64,000 bases of DNA from an uncultured Bacteroides sp. (GTDB lineage: Bacteria; Bacteroidota; Bacteroidia; Bacteroidales; Muribaculaceae): assembly GCA_964480085.1 (NCBI GenBank), contig CAYZPI010000008.1, forward strand, positions 585 to 64,584, written 5' to 3'. Below, in pieces: positions 8,575 to 18,697 of this stretch (position 1 is its first letter; each line of letters starts with the position of its first letter). The notes beneath the pieces are model-generated. The model saw only the letters and a list, made by a program, of their open reading frames with translations. It was not told where the DNA came from and made no database searches. Made by a program: the position numbers and the translations under genes.

Positions 8575-9165
8575 ATGAACAAGATTTACACATTAATTAT
8601 AGCATTGCTCTTGCCTGTGATTGCATGGGCGTACTCCGCTCAGGAGGTGGTGGACAAGGCTGCAGATAAGATCAGGACAGTAGGATCGCTCACTGCCAAG
8701 TTCTCCGGCACAGCGGAAGGCACCTTGCTGACATCAGGCAAAAAATTCTCGATTGATGCCGGTGGATTCGGAATATGGTACAACGGTACCGACATGTGGA
8801 CATACTCACAACAGACCGGTGAGACCACCCTTACATCCCCCACCCCATCGGAGCTGATGGAGACCAATCCCCTGGAAATCATCAAAAGCTACAGCAACAA
8901 GTTCTCAGCCACAAAACTCGGCGAGCAAGGCGGGAAATTCACACTCAAGCTCACTCCCAAGACCAAAGGTGGCAGTGTGAAGGCCGCAACGCTGGTGATC
9001 GACACCCGTACTTGGCTTCCGGCCTCGATTGATATGGTGATGAGCAACGGGGCAAGATTCACCCTCAATATCAAATCCATCACCGTAGGGACTCCGCCGG
9101 CCGCATCGAGCTTCGAATACCCACAGAAAAAATATCCGGGCATCGAGGTTGTAGACCTCCGGTAA
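8575..9165 (+). CDS. LolA-like outer-membrane lipoprotein carrier
   Basis: Signal peptide, WYNGTDMWTY and NPLEII motifs; conserved ftsK-lolA order; start moved to ATG 8575. Confidence 0.8.
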   Translation: MNKIYTLIIALLLPVIAWAYSAQEVVDKAADKIRTVGSLTAKFSGTAEGTLLTSGKKFSIDAGGFGIWYNGTDMWTYSQQTGETTLTSPTPSELMETNPLEIIKSYSNKFSATKLGEQGGKFTLKLTPKTKGGSVKAATLVIDTRTWLPASIDMVMSNGARFTLNIKSITVGTPPAASSFEYPQKKYPGIEVVDLR

Positions 9166-9168
9166 GGG

Positions 9169-9219
9169 ATCCTATAGAAGAAGGGGCGGACCTCTGGTCC
9201 GCCCCTTCTTCTATAGGAT
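9169..9219. terminator. 24-bp perfect inverted repeat between convergent lolA and trxB (probable bidirectional terminator)
   Basis: ATCCTATAGAAGAAGGGGCGGACC-TCT-GGTCCGCCCCTTCTTCTATAGGAT. Confidence 0.8.
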
Positions 9220-9226
9220 GATCAAT

Positions 9227-10168
9227 TTATTCTTCATGAGAGATTATGAAATGCTCTGCATCCTTGGCGGCCTTCGCACCGCTTGCAGCAGCTATGATGG
9301 CCTGCTGGTAGACAGGATCGGCTACATCGCCGGCAGCGAACACTCCCTTGACGTTCGTGGCGGTAGAATTGCCGTGAGTGACGATGAATCCTCCTTCGTC
9401 GAGTTCGATCTGTCCCTTGAAGATTCCAGTGTTGGGCTGGTGACCTATGGCAAGGAAGAAACCATCTATGGCGATGTCGAAGAAACGCTCGTCGGGTGCA
9501 TCCTTATGCTCCACCAGGTGGGCGCCCTCCACATATTCCTCACCGAAGAGACCAACGGTATTGGTATTGAAGAGCACCTCGATATTCTCGGTTGCCATAA
9601 CCCGGTGAACCATCACTTTTGATGCGCGCAGATAATTCTTGCGTACGATCAGGTAGACTTTCTTAGCCAGGCTGGCAAGATACAGAGCCTCCTCGCAGGC
9701 TGTATCGCCTCCACCGACTACAGCCACCGTACGATTGCGGTAGAAAAAGCCGTCGCAAGTGGCGCAAGTCGACACGCCCATACCGAGATACTTCTGCTCG
9801 TCGGGCAGACCGAGATAACGCGGAGCCGCCCCGGTGGAGATGATCACAGTGTCGGCATAGAGTTTTTCCTTCGCATCCACCGTCACCTCGAACGGACGCT
9901 GCTCGAAATTCACCGAAGTCACACGACCATGACGAATATCGGCCCCGAATTTCAGAGCCTGGTTGCGCAGGTCGTCCATCATCTGCGTTCCCGTGATTCC
10001 TTCCGGATAACCGGGGAAATTCTCGACTACAGTGGTAGTGGTGAGCTGGCCGCCGGGCAGAGGTCCCTCAATCTGCACGGGGCTGAGATTGGCACGGGCT
10101 GCATAAATGGCTGCAGTGTAACCGGCGGGACCTGAGCCTATGATAAGACATTTGATTGGATTTTCCAT
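9227..10168 (-). CDS. trxB: Thioredoxin-disulfide reductase
   Basis: GSGPAGYTAAIY, CATCDG, GGGDTA and GVFAAGD motifs; start at ATG 10168, downstream of a TACTTTTG box at 10189-10196. Confidence 0.96.
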   Translation of the reverse strand: MENPIKCLIIGSGPAGYTAAIYAARANLSPVQIEGPLPGGQLTTTTVVENFPGYPEGITGTQMMDDLRNQALKFGADIRHGRVTSVNFEQRPFEVTVDAKEKLYADTVIISTGAAPRYLGLPDEQKYLGMGVSTCATCDGFFYRNRTVAVVGGGDTACEEALYLASLAKKVYLIVRKNYLRASKVMVHRVMATENIEVLFNTNTVGLFGEEYVEGAHLVEHKDAPDERFFDIAIDGFFLAIGHQPNTGIFKGQIELDEGGFIVTHGNSTATNVKGVFAAGDVADPVYQQAIIAAASGAKAAKDAEHFIISHEE

Positions 10169-10248
10169 AATCTGAATATTGTTTTTTGCAAAAGTAATAA
10201 TTTCTCTTCTATTCAACAATTATTAGAACGACACAAAGCGTGAAATGT

Positions 10249-12264
10249 TCATTTTATCACCATTGACCGGACCTCCTCGCCCGGACGTATGTCGGCCTCC
10301 CGAGGGAAATACACCGGCATATCCGGCTGAAGAGGCAGAATCCGGAGCTCGACCTCAGTGCAATCTTCAGGGAGACGCCAAAGTCCAAGGAGCATAGGTC
10401 GGCCGTTGTAGAAGTTATCCGCCATGAGTCTGCCTCCGGCATAGATACGTGCCACATCTCCACGGTAGTCAATTTCAAGGATCCTGCCCTCGCGATCTGC
10501 CGGAACCGACACCACATAACGCGCGGCTGCCTCGAAATCAGCATCCGACGGTGCCTCAGCCACTTTCTGAACTCCTGTGGTAATGGTGCGCGGAGCGCCT
10601 GCCTCGGATATCTTGCGGAAATCGGTCCTGAGCGGCTCCACCCCAGCCGGAGCCGAATCAAGGAACAGATGTTCGGCATCAGAAGCATCGAGCAGATAGA
10701 TATTGCCATAGACAGGACGGTCGACGCCCAGCGGCTTCACATTCCTGAACACCTTGCCTCCTACCTTCAGCTCGGTGGGAATGCCCGGAATCTGCTGGAA
10801 ATATATCTTCCCGTCGCGCCTGGCCACGGGTTGTGCGGTGGCATACTCGATGCCGTCAAAATTGACAGGAAATATGCAGGTGGTGCCGGAGGGGATGGTC
10901 ACCGGCTTGGAAGGGAATGAGATGCCGCCGACGTTGAAGCGCACTCCTTTCTTATCTTTAAGCGTCTGGAAGCGTTCGTAATTGTTGACGAACACAAAAC
11001 CACTGTCACCAAGACATCGGTACGACCAGCGGAGAGCAGAATCATCACCCTGTGGAACATCCTGCGCTGACGGAAAGCTGGCCTCCATCGGTGCCAGGGC
11101 CCCCCCCCAGTCCTGCATGAAAAGATGGAGCTTGCGCAGCATATAATAATGTGGATTAGCCTGGCCGAATTCCCCGAGCGGTGCCTGGAAATCGTAATTC
11201 TTCACGGGCATGTCGTTATAATTTGTACCTGGAGTGCGCTGGTTCTCGTTGAGGGTGGTGATGTGACCTTCGGGATTGGTTCCGCCATGATACATATAGT
11301 ACCCGAGAAGATTACTGCCACTCCCGAGTTTCACCACAGCCAATGCATAAGCATCCTCAGGGTATAGGTAAGGGCGGCGATGGTAGGAAGTGGTCATGCC
11401 TCCACCGAGCTCGCAGGTGAAATAAGGATACATTTCTTCGCCCTGCGCCACATTATCATTCTGTTCGCCAAGCTGTTCGGTAGCAATAGCTGTTGAATTG
11501 CGGAACGGGCGGAAATTGAACGCCTTGAAATAATTGCCCACACCCTCGTCGGTGGAGCGGTCCCAGAATCCGTCGGCATAGTCACCGTAAAGGGGTATCA
11601 TCTCTCCATAGGGCACCGGAGTCTTTAGCTCAGGCCAGCCTGTGCGCGTGTAGAAAGGCAGGTCGAACCCGGCATCAGTGGCTATTTTCTTCAAAGCCAT
11701 CAGATATGACCCATGCCCACGGTACTCATTGTCGAACTGCGCGCCAACCACAGGACCTCCATCCTTCCATTGCCGCCCCTGCACCTGTGAGAATATCTGC
11801 CTGTACAACTTTGCAGTATGGTCGAGGAACACCGGGTCTTCCTGACGCATCTTGCATCCTTTGGCAAACATCCAGTCGGGAATACCGCCGTTGCGCACCT
11901 CTCCATGGCAAAACGGGCCCAGGCGAAGCACCACAGGCATCCCTGCCTCTTTGCACACATCAAGGAAACGGCGCAGATCGCGCTGTCCACTCCAGTCAAA
12001 CACCCCCTCTTGCTCTTCAATATGATTCCAGAACACGTAAGCTGCGATAATCGTCACTCCGCCATCCTTCATCTTCTGCACTTCCTCAGCCCACTCTTCG
12101 GCCGGAATCCGCGAATAGTGCACCTCGCCCATTACAGGGGTGACACGGCGCCCATCGATTATGAGACTGTGCCTGTCCCATTTCACATCAGGGATATGAT
12201 CAGCAGCCTGTGTGACAGGCATTGTCAGGCAAGCCATCACAAAAGCTTTCAATAATCGTTTCAT
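10249..12264 (-). CDS. Beta-galactosidase, GH35 family
   Basis: Signal peptide, GEVHYSR, YVFWNHIE, QFDNEY, YYMYHGGTN and YDFQAPLGEFG. Confidence 0.9.
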   Translation of the reverse strand: MKRLLKAFVMACLTMPVTQAADHIPDVKWDRHSLIIDGRRVTPVMGEVHYSRIPAEEWAEEVQKMKDGGVTIIAAYVFWNHIEEQEGVFDWSGQRDLRRFLDVCKEAGMPVVLRLGPFCHGEVRNGGIPDWMFAKGCKMRQEDPVFLDHTAKLYRQIFSQVQGRQWKDGGPVVGAQFDNEYRGHGSYLMALKKIATDAGFDLPFYTRTGWPELKTPVPYGEMIPLYGDYADGFWDRSTDEGVGNYFKAFNFRPFRNSTAIATEQLGEQNDNVAQGEEMYPYFTCELGGGMTTSYHRRPYLYPEDAYALAVVKLGSGSNLLGYYMYHGGTNPEGHITTLNENQRTPGTNYNDMPVKNYDFQAPLGEFGQANPHYYMLRKLHLFMQDWGGALAPMEASFPSAQDVPQGDDSALRWSYRCLGDSGFVFVNNYERFQTLKDKKGVRFNVGGISFPSKPVTIPSGTTCIFPVNFDGIEYATAQPVARRDGKIYFQQIPGIPTELKVGGKVFRNVKPLGVDRPVYGNIYLLDASDAEHLFLDSAPAGVEPLRTDFRKISEAGAPRTITTGVQKVAEAPSDADFEAAARYVVSVPADREGRILEIDYRGDVARIYAGGRLMADNFYNGRPMLLGLWRLPEDCTEVELRILPLQPDMPVYFPREADIRPGEEVRSMVIK

Positions 12265-12494
12265 TCAATTATTTATTTATATGATTACTAATAATTTCCG
12301 CGAAGATACGAAAAATTTTTCACCGACAGCACACATCATGCATTATTTCTTAAATTTTTCTTCATGGCATGAAAGATGAAAAAATTCACAGATTTTTTTG
12401 CATTTTTTTACAAAAAGTGCGACATTTGCAGGATAAAACATAACGAATGTAGAACCAACGGCAATATCCGCCTTAGAAAAAACTAATACCGGCA

Positions 12495-13805
12495 GTGAGA
12501 TCTCGTAATCCATGGGCTTGGATCCCAACACTATATCTTGCGGAAGGGCTTCCCTATTTCGCAGTAATGACGATATCCGTCATGATGTACAAACGTCTTG
12601 GAGTGTCAAACACCGACATCGCCCTCTACACCGGTTGGCTTTATCTGCCGTGGGTGATCAAGCCCTTCTGGAGTCCATTCGTCGACATCATACGCACCAA
12701 GCGCTGGTGGGTTCTCTCCATGCAGTGGCTGATAGCCATAGGCCTGGCATGTGTGGCATTCGCCCTGCCAGGTCCGATGTTCTTCCAGCTCACCCTTGCG
12801 GCATTCTGGCTTGTAGGATTCTCTTCAGCGACCCATGACATAGCGGCTGATGGTTTCTACATGCTTGCACTCACCGAACATGAGCAATCATTCTTCGTGG
12901 GCATTCGCAGCCTGTTCTACCGCATCGCGTCGATAGTAGGACAAGGCGGCCTCGTGGTACTCGCTGGATACCTTGAGACCACTACCGGTGACAACGCCCT
13001 GTCGTGGAGCATAGTGCTTGGAGTTATGTCGGCATTCTTCTTTGCCGTGGTACTCTATCACACCTGGGTGCTCCCCCACCCTTCGTCTGACCGTCCGGCG
13101 GCAGGGTCGCTCAAAGCCGGCAAGGCTGTGACGGCAAAGGACATAGTGAATGAATTCATCGGTGCCTTCAAGACATTCTTCACCAAGCCCCAGATCGGCG
13201 CCGCCTTGGCTTTCATGCTTCTCTACCGGCTTCCGGAAGCACAGCTCGTGAAACTGATACAGCCATTTCTTCTCGATCCTGAGAGCGCCGGAGGCCTCGG
13301 GCTCTCCACCACCGAGGTGGGAGTGGTCTACGGCACCATTGGCGTGATAGGCCTCACCATTGGCGGCATCATCGGTGGTATAGTGGCCGCGCGCGGAGGT
13401 CTCAAGAAATGGCTTCATCCCATGGCATGGAGCATGTCGCTCACGTGTCTCACCTTCGTCTACCTAAGTTTCGCGCAGGATCATTCGCTCCTCACTGTAA
13501 ATATCTGTGTGTTCATCGAGCAGTTCGGCTACGGATTTGGCTTCACAGCCTATATGCTCTATCTGATCTATTTCAGCGAAGGACGCTACAAGACCTCTCA
13601 CTATGCCATCTGCACCGGTGTGATGGCATTGGGCATGATGATTCCCGGCATGGGAGCAGGATGGCTCCAGGAACAATTGGGCTATCAGAATTTCTTCCTC
13701 TGGACTATGATATGCTGCATAGCCACCGTAGGGGTGTGCTATCTGCTGAAGATTGACCCCAATTTTGGAAAAAAAGAACAAAAGACTGAGAAGGATGCAA
13801 AATAA
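12495..13805 (+). CDS. AmpG-like MFS muropeptide permease
   Basis: LYLAEGLPY, KPFWSPFVD and SATHDIAADG motifs; about 12 TM segments; GTG start. Confidence 0.85.
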   Translation: MRSRNPWAWIPTLYLAEGLPYFAVMTISVMMYKRLGVSNTDIALYTGWLYLPWVIKPFWSPFVDIIRTKRWWVLSMQWLIAIGLACVAFALPGPMFFQLTLAAFWLVGFSSATHDIAADGFYMLALTEHEQSFFVGIRSLFYRIASIVGQGGLVVLAGYLETTTGDNALSWSIVLGVMSAFFFAVVLYHTWVLPHPSSDRPAAGSLKAGKAVTAKDIVNEFIGAFKTFFTKPQIGAALAFMLLYRLPEAQLVKLIQPFLLDPESAGGLGLSTTEVGVVYGTIGVIGLTIGGIIGGIVAARGGLKKWLHPMAWSMSLTCLTFVYLSFAQDHSLLTVNICVFIEQFGYGFGFTAYMLYLIYFSEGRYKTSHYAICTGVMALGMMIPGMGAGWLQEQLGYQNFFLWTMICCIATVGVCYLLKIDPNFGKKEQKTEKDAK

Positions 13806-14958
13806 CAAGCGACTGATATCCGTGGATGTGATGCGCGGCATCACTGTGGCCGGAATGATCCTCGTGAACAACCCCGGCTCGTGGGGCCACATCTACACGC
13901 CGCTCCGCCATGCCGAGTGGCACGGCCTTACCCCTACGGATCTGGTGTTTCCCTTCTTCATGTTCATTATGGGTGTATCGATATTCCTGTCGCTCAACAA
14001 AACCCATTTCGAATGCGACCGACGCTCGGTGATGAAAATATTACGGCGCTCGGTTCTGCTGCTTCTCATCGGATGGGGCGTGGGATGGTTCTCACGATGG
14101 TGGTCGGGAATGCAGAATCCTGACAAGACATGGTGGGAGGCAATCAATAATTTCACCTACATGCGATTCATGGGTGTTTTCCAGCGTCTGGCTGTGTGCT
14201 ATCTCGCCACATCCCTGCTGGCTGTGACCGTAAGCCGACGGTCGATGAAATGGATCGCAGGCGGCATACTTGTAGGCTACACGGCGTTGCTGTTCTGTGG
14301 CAACGGACTTGAGTTCTCCGAAAGCAATATCGTGGGTTCCTTCGACCGTGCACTGATGGGCGAGAACCATATTTACACAGAGACAATCGATGGAGTGTCG
14401 ATAAAAATCGATCCGGAGGGACTGCTGAGCACGCTGCCCGCCATAGCCCACTGCATAATCGGCTTCCTGTGCGGAGGAATCATCTGCGACGAGGACGACA
14501 AGTACATGAAATCCTACAAACTCTTTGTAGTAGGTGCCGTGCTCACCATGACAGGTTTCCTGCTGCAGTACGGCTTGCCCATCAACAAGAAGCTCTGGAC
14601 TCCCACCTTCGTGTTCACCACCTGCGGACTTGCCTCCACCCTGCTCGCGCTTCTCATCTATGTCATCGACATACGCCACAAGGTCTCCTGGACTCCGTTC
14701 TTCAGGGTGTTCGGCACAAATCCATTGTTTCTCTACCTTTTGTCCACCATAATGGCGATCAGCCTCGGACGCATCAAGATCACCACAATGGACGATACAA
14801 AAATATCATTGCATACACAGATTTATAAGAATTTTTTAGTACCTTTGTGCCAGGACAACGAGATACTGGCATCCTTGGTATTCGCCCTCTCGATGGTGAT
14901 GGTCAATTGGGCTGTAGGATACATTTTATATAGAAAAAAAGTTTTCATAAAGATATGA
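13795..14958 (+). CDS. NagX / heparan-alpha-glucosaminide N-acetyltransferase-like membrane protein
   Basis: RLISVDVMRG, MILVNNPG, H-W-G..DLVFPFF, DPEGLLS and INKKLWT motifs; start at ATG 13795. Confidence 0.85.
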   Translation: MQNNKRLISVDVMRGITVAGMILVNNPGSWGHIYTPLRHAEWHGLTPTDLVFPFFMFIMGVSIFLSLNKTHFECDRRSVMKILRRSVLLLLIGWGVGWFSRWWSGMQNPDKTWWEAINNFTYMRFMGVFQRLAVCYLATSLLAVTVSRRSMKWIAGGILVGYTALLFCGNGLEFSESNIVGSFDRALMGENHIYTETIDGVSIKIDPEGLLSTLPAIAHCIIGFLCGGIICDEDDKYMKSYKLFVVGAVLTMTGFLLQYGLPINKKLWTPTFVFTTCGLASTLLALLIYVIDIRHKVSWTPFFRVFGTNPLFLYLLSTIMAISLGRIKITTMDDTKISLHTQIYKNFLVPLCQDNEILASLVFALSMVMVNWAVGYILYRKKVFIKI

Positions 14959-15806
14959 TACTCATAGCAGACTGCGGAGGCACCAAGGTGACATGGTGCG
15001 TGCTCGATGGAAAGGACCTTGTGAAGCAATTCACCACACCCGGGATGAATGTACTGATGCTCACCCACGAGGAGATGTGTCAGAGACTTGACCGGGAAGT
15101 GGCTCCTGAACTTGGAGATCTGGCATCCCACATCACTTATGTCCATTTCTACGGAGCAGGTTGTGTGTCGGAGGCCCTTTACGATTCGGTGCGTCAAGGC
15201 ATCCTCTCCATAATCGAAGGCGCCAAAGTGGAAGTGGCAAGCGATCTGCTCGCTTCGTGCCGCGCATTGTGCGGCGACCATGGTGGCATTGTGTGTATAC
15301 TCGGCACAGGCTCCAACTCATGTCTCTACGACGGCAAGAAAATCGTGGAGAATGTCTCACCCCTCGGATTTATTCTCGGCGATGAGGGCAGCGGAGCCAA
15401 TCTTGGCAAGATCCTTGTATCGGATGTACTGAAACATCAGCTTCCTGAATATCTATGCCAAAGATTCCTCGACAAATATCAGCTCGACACCGTCAGCATC
15501 ATCGACCGGGTGTACCGCCGCCCCTATCCCAATAAATTCCTGGCTTCGCTCACTCCGTTCCTCAGCGAGAATATCGAAGAAGAGAGCATACGTCTTCTCG
15601 TTTTCGAGGCATTCCGCAATTTCTTCCGGCGCAACGTGGAGCAGTACAATGCTCCGGAGGAATATGGCAGTCGAGTGTATGTAAGCGGTTCTATTGGCTA
15701 CTATTTCAAGGATGTGCTCGAAGATGCGGCCGAAAGGTCGGGATTCGTTATCGCCAAAGTGCTCCGCGATCCAATCGAAGGGCTGATTGAATTCCATTCG
15801 AAATAA
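14955..15806 (+). CDS. BadF/BadG/BcrA/BcrD-family amino-sugar kinase (GlcNAc/MurNAc kinase-like)
   Basis: LIADCGGTK, FYGAG, ILGTGSNS and LGDEGSG; ATGA overlap with the upstream gene. Confidence 0.85.
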   Translation: MILIADCGGTKVTWCVLDGKDLVKQFTTPGMNVLMLTHEEMCQRLDREVAPELGDLASHITYVHFYGAGCVSEALYDSVRQGILSIIEGAKVEVASDLLASCRALCGDHGGIVCILGTGSNSCLYDGKKIVENVSPLGFILGDEGSGANLGKILVSDVLKHQLPEYLCQRFLDKYQLDTVSIIDRVYRRPYPNKFLASLTPFLSENIEEESIRLLVFEAFRNFFRRNVEQYNAPEEYGSRVYVSGSIGYYFKDVLEDAAERSGFVIAKVLRDPIEGLIEFHSK

Positions 15807-15879
15807 TATCTGCAAAAACATCGTATGCTCCCCCTCCTCGTATTCATCAATAGATTGTACATCAATAAGACATCAGATT

Positions 15880-16710
15880 ATGAGCTTTGTTAAGATCAGC
15901 GAACAGGATTCTCTGTACGACGGACTTGAGAAAATGAGTGTTGGCGAGATTCTAAGGGATATCAACAACGAGGATAAGAAAGTGGCTCTTGCCGTAGAGA
16001 AAGCCATTCCCCAGATAGAAAAGCTTGTTGAACAGATAGTGAAGAGGATGCGCCAGGGCGGCAGGATATTCTATATCGGAGCAGGCACGTCGGGGCGTCT
16101 CGGTGTGCTCGATGCTTCGGAAATTCCTCCCACATTCGGAATGGATCCGGGTTTTGTCATAGGTGTGATAGCCGGTGGGGAAAAAGCCCTGCGCAGTGCG
16201 GTGGAGAATGCGGAGGACGACACCAAGCAAGGATGGAAGGATCTGCAGGCCTTCAATATCAATGAGCTCGACACAGTGATCGGCATTGCGGCCTCCGGTA
16301 CCACGCCCTACGTTATAGGATGCCTTGAGGAATGTCGTCGTCACGGCATCCTCACAGCCTCAATCACCTCCAATCCCGATGCGCCTGTATCGCAGGTGTC
16401 GGATATTCCTATAGAGATGGTGGTGGGACCCGAATTCGTCACCGGAAGTTCACGCATGAAATCGGGTACCGGGCAGAAGATGATCTGCAACATGATATCC
16501 ACATCCGTGATGATAAAGCTCGGCAGAGTGAAAGGCAACAAGATGGTGAACATGCAGCTTACAAATGCCAAACTCGTCGACCGCGGCACCCGTATGCTCA
16601 TCGAAGCCACTGGAGGCACACTGACCTATGAACAGGCCAACCGTCTGCTCCTCCTCCACGGATCTGTGAAGGAAGCCACCGACAGCTTTTTTTCAAGTGA
16701 TAGTGAATAG
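15880..16710 (+). CDS. murQ: N-acetylmuramic acid 6-phosphate etherase
   Basis: GAGTSGRLGVLDASE, GIAASGTTPY, GPEFVTGSSRMKSGT and NAKLVDR; start at ATG 15880. Confidence 0.95.
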   Translation: MSFVKISEQDSLYDGLEKMSVGEILRDINNEDKKVALAVEKAIPQIEKLVEQIVKRMRQGGRIFYIGAGTSGRLGVLDASEIPPTFGMDPGFVIGVIAGGEKALRSAVENAEDDTKQGWKDLQAFNINELDTVIGIAASGTTPYVIGCLEECRRHGILTASITSNPDAPVSQVSDIPIEMVVGPEFVTGSSRMKSGTGQKMICNMISTSVMIKLGRVKGNKMVNMQLTNAKLVDRGTRMLIEATGGTLTYEQANRLLLLHGSVKEATDSFFSSDSE

Positions 16711-16720
16711 TGAATAAGTG
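16695..16720 (+). repeat. Heptamer-repeat element overlapping the murQ stop codon
   Basis: AAGTGATAGTGAATAGTGAATAAGTG, identical to 8443-8468. Confidence 0.75.
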
Positions 16721-16782
16721 CCATCCGGATGTTTTCTGCTCCAGCTGATGCGCAATCCTGAAACCTGAATCCTTTACATACC

Positions 16783-17730
16783 ATGAAAAAGAAGAAAGTA
16801 TCACTTATGATTCCGGCTTACAATGAAGAGAAATCCCTCCCCGCTCTTCGCGAAGCCATCTACGGACTGATCGACGGTCCGCTGAGCGACACATACGATT
16901 TCGAGGTGCTTCTGATCAACGACGGAAGCACCGACCGCACACTCGAGATCATCAAGGAAATGCGTGCTGCCGACGAACGGATATGCTATGTGAACCTCTC
17001 GCGCAATTTCGGTAAGGAAAATGCCATGCTCGCCGGATTCGATTATGTGACGGGAGACTGCACTGTGATACTCGACGCCGACCTGCAGGACCCCCTGGAG
17101 GTGATTCCGGAAATGCTGAAATGGTGGGAAGAGGGTTATGAAGATGTCTATGGACGTCGCTCCCACAGAGGCAAGGAGTCATGGCTGAGAAAGGAATTCT
17201 CCCTGGCCTTCTACAATTTCCTTCAGAGTTCCACCCGCTTCGACATATTGCCCAATGTGGGTGATTTCCGGCTGCTCGACTACCGCTGCATCGAGGCCTT
17301 GCGCCATCTGCGCGAGACCCAGCGCTACACCAAAGGACTCTTCTGCTGGATCGGCTTCAAGAAAAAAGAAGTGGTCTTCGACCGCCACGACCGCGAGGCA
17401 GGCAAATCTTCGTTCAATTTCGGGAGCCTTTTCAACCTTGCCATAGAGGGTATCACCAGTTTCAGCACCTCACCCTTGCGCCTTGCATCCATCTTGGGCA
17501 TGGTGATAGCTTTCGTGGCATTCGTCTACATGATAGTGATATTCACCAAGACACTTATATGGGGCGACGATGTGCAGGGATTCCCTGCCCTGATGTGCGT
17601 GATCCTGTTCTTAGGCGGCATACAGCTCCTGTGCATAGGCATAATCGGTGAATACGTGGGACGAATCTTCAACGAAAGCAAGGGGCGCCCAGTGTACATC
17701 ATCGACACCTACAACGGTGAACCGATTTAG
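16783..17730 (+). CDS. GT2 polyprenol-phosphate glycosyltransferase (GtrB/YkoT-like)
   Basis: PAYNEE, NDGSTD, SRNFGKE, DADLQDP, two C-terminal TM helices and RPVY. Confidence 0.9.
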   Translation: MKKKKVSLMIPAYNEEKSLPALREAIYGLIDGPLSDTYDFEVLLINDGSTDRTLEIIKEMRAADERICYVNLSRNFGKENAMLAGFDYVTGDCTVILDADLQDPLEVIPEMLKWWEEGYEDVYGRRSHRGKESWLRKEFSLAFYNFLQSSTRFDILPNVGDFRLLDYRCIEALRHLRETQRYTKGLFCWIGFKKKEVVFDRHDREAGKSSFNFGSLFNLAIEGITSFSTSPLRLASILGMVIAFVAFVYMIVIFTKTLIWGDDVQGFPALMCVILFLGGIQLLCIGIIGEYVGRIFNESKGRPVYIIDTYNGEPI

Positions 17731-17740
17731 CCTCATCCAC

Positions 17741-18697
17741 ATGGATAGACCGAAGATATCCGTCATCGTACCTGTCTATAACGTCGAACAATACATCGAA
17801 CGCTGTGCCCGTGCGCTTTTGAGCCAGACGCTTGAAGACATCGAATTAATATTCATTGACGATTGCTCACCCGACCACTCGGTGGAGATCCTCCTCAACG
17901 TGCTCAAAGAGTATCCCGGACGCGCCCAACGGACAAAGATATTGAGACACGGGCTCAATGAGGGAGTGGCAGCCGCCAGGACCACCGGTATGAAAGCAAT
18001 GACCGGAGAATATATGGCTCACTGCGACCCTGACGACATCCCTGACCCCGACATGTTCCGCCTGATGCATGAGGCAGCAAGGGCTCACGATGCCGACATC
18101 GTGAGCTGCACGTATCTTGAGGAACCGGGCACCGGACATCCGTCCGGAGCCACTTTCTGCGGCTCAGGATTAGATGCCTTACAAAAAGGAGAATATACCT
18201 ACGGACTGTGGGACAAGATAATACGATCGTCCATAATTCTGGACCACGAAATATATCCTTTCGAAGGCATCAACTACAACGAGGACCTGAACGTGATAGT
18301 ACGCGCACTGTGCTACACCCGCCGGATTACAGCAATCGACCGGCCTCTTTACCACCACACCGTAGGACGTGACGGATCAATCTGCAGCGGCAATTACAAA
18401 CAACTGCTCATGCGGCACAGTGTGCCATGCATGATGCGGCTTGACGATTTTCTCGACCGATTCGGACGCGCTTCCGGCGACCCGCGATATTCGTCGCGTC
18501 TCACCGACCCCGTCAAATTCTGGATGAAAAACGCTCTGTTCACCAAGGAAGACATCGACCTTTGGCACTCGCTCTGGCCCGAATGTCGCAGAATTATTCC
18601 GAAAATCAAGTCATTGACATTTAAGGAACAGACACTGATGACTATTGCCGCCTATTCTCCAAAAACGATAAAAAAAATTTTGAAATTATGGAAATAG
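17741..18697 (+). CDS. Glycosyltransferase family 2
   Basis: ISVIVPVYNVE, IDDCSPD, DPDD and NED motifs; start at ATG 17741. Confidence 0.9.
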   Translation: MDRPKISVIVPVYNVEQYIERCARALLSQTLEDIELIFIDDCSPDHSVEILLNVLKEYPGRAQRTKILRHGLNEGVAAARTTGMKAMTGEYMAHCDPDDIPDPDMFRLMHEAARAHDADIVSCTYLEEPGTGHPSGATFCGSGLDALQKGEYTYGLWDKIIRSSIILDHEIYPFEGINYNEDLNVIVRALCYTRRITAIDRPLYHHTVGRDGSICSGNYKQLLMRHSVPCMMRLDDFLDRFGRASGDPRYSSRLTDPVKFWMKNALFTKEDIDLWHSLWPECRRIIPKIKSLTFKEQTLMTIAAYSPKTIKKILKLWK

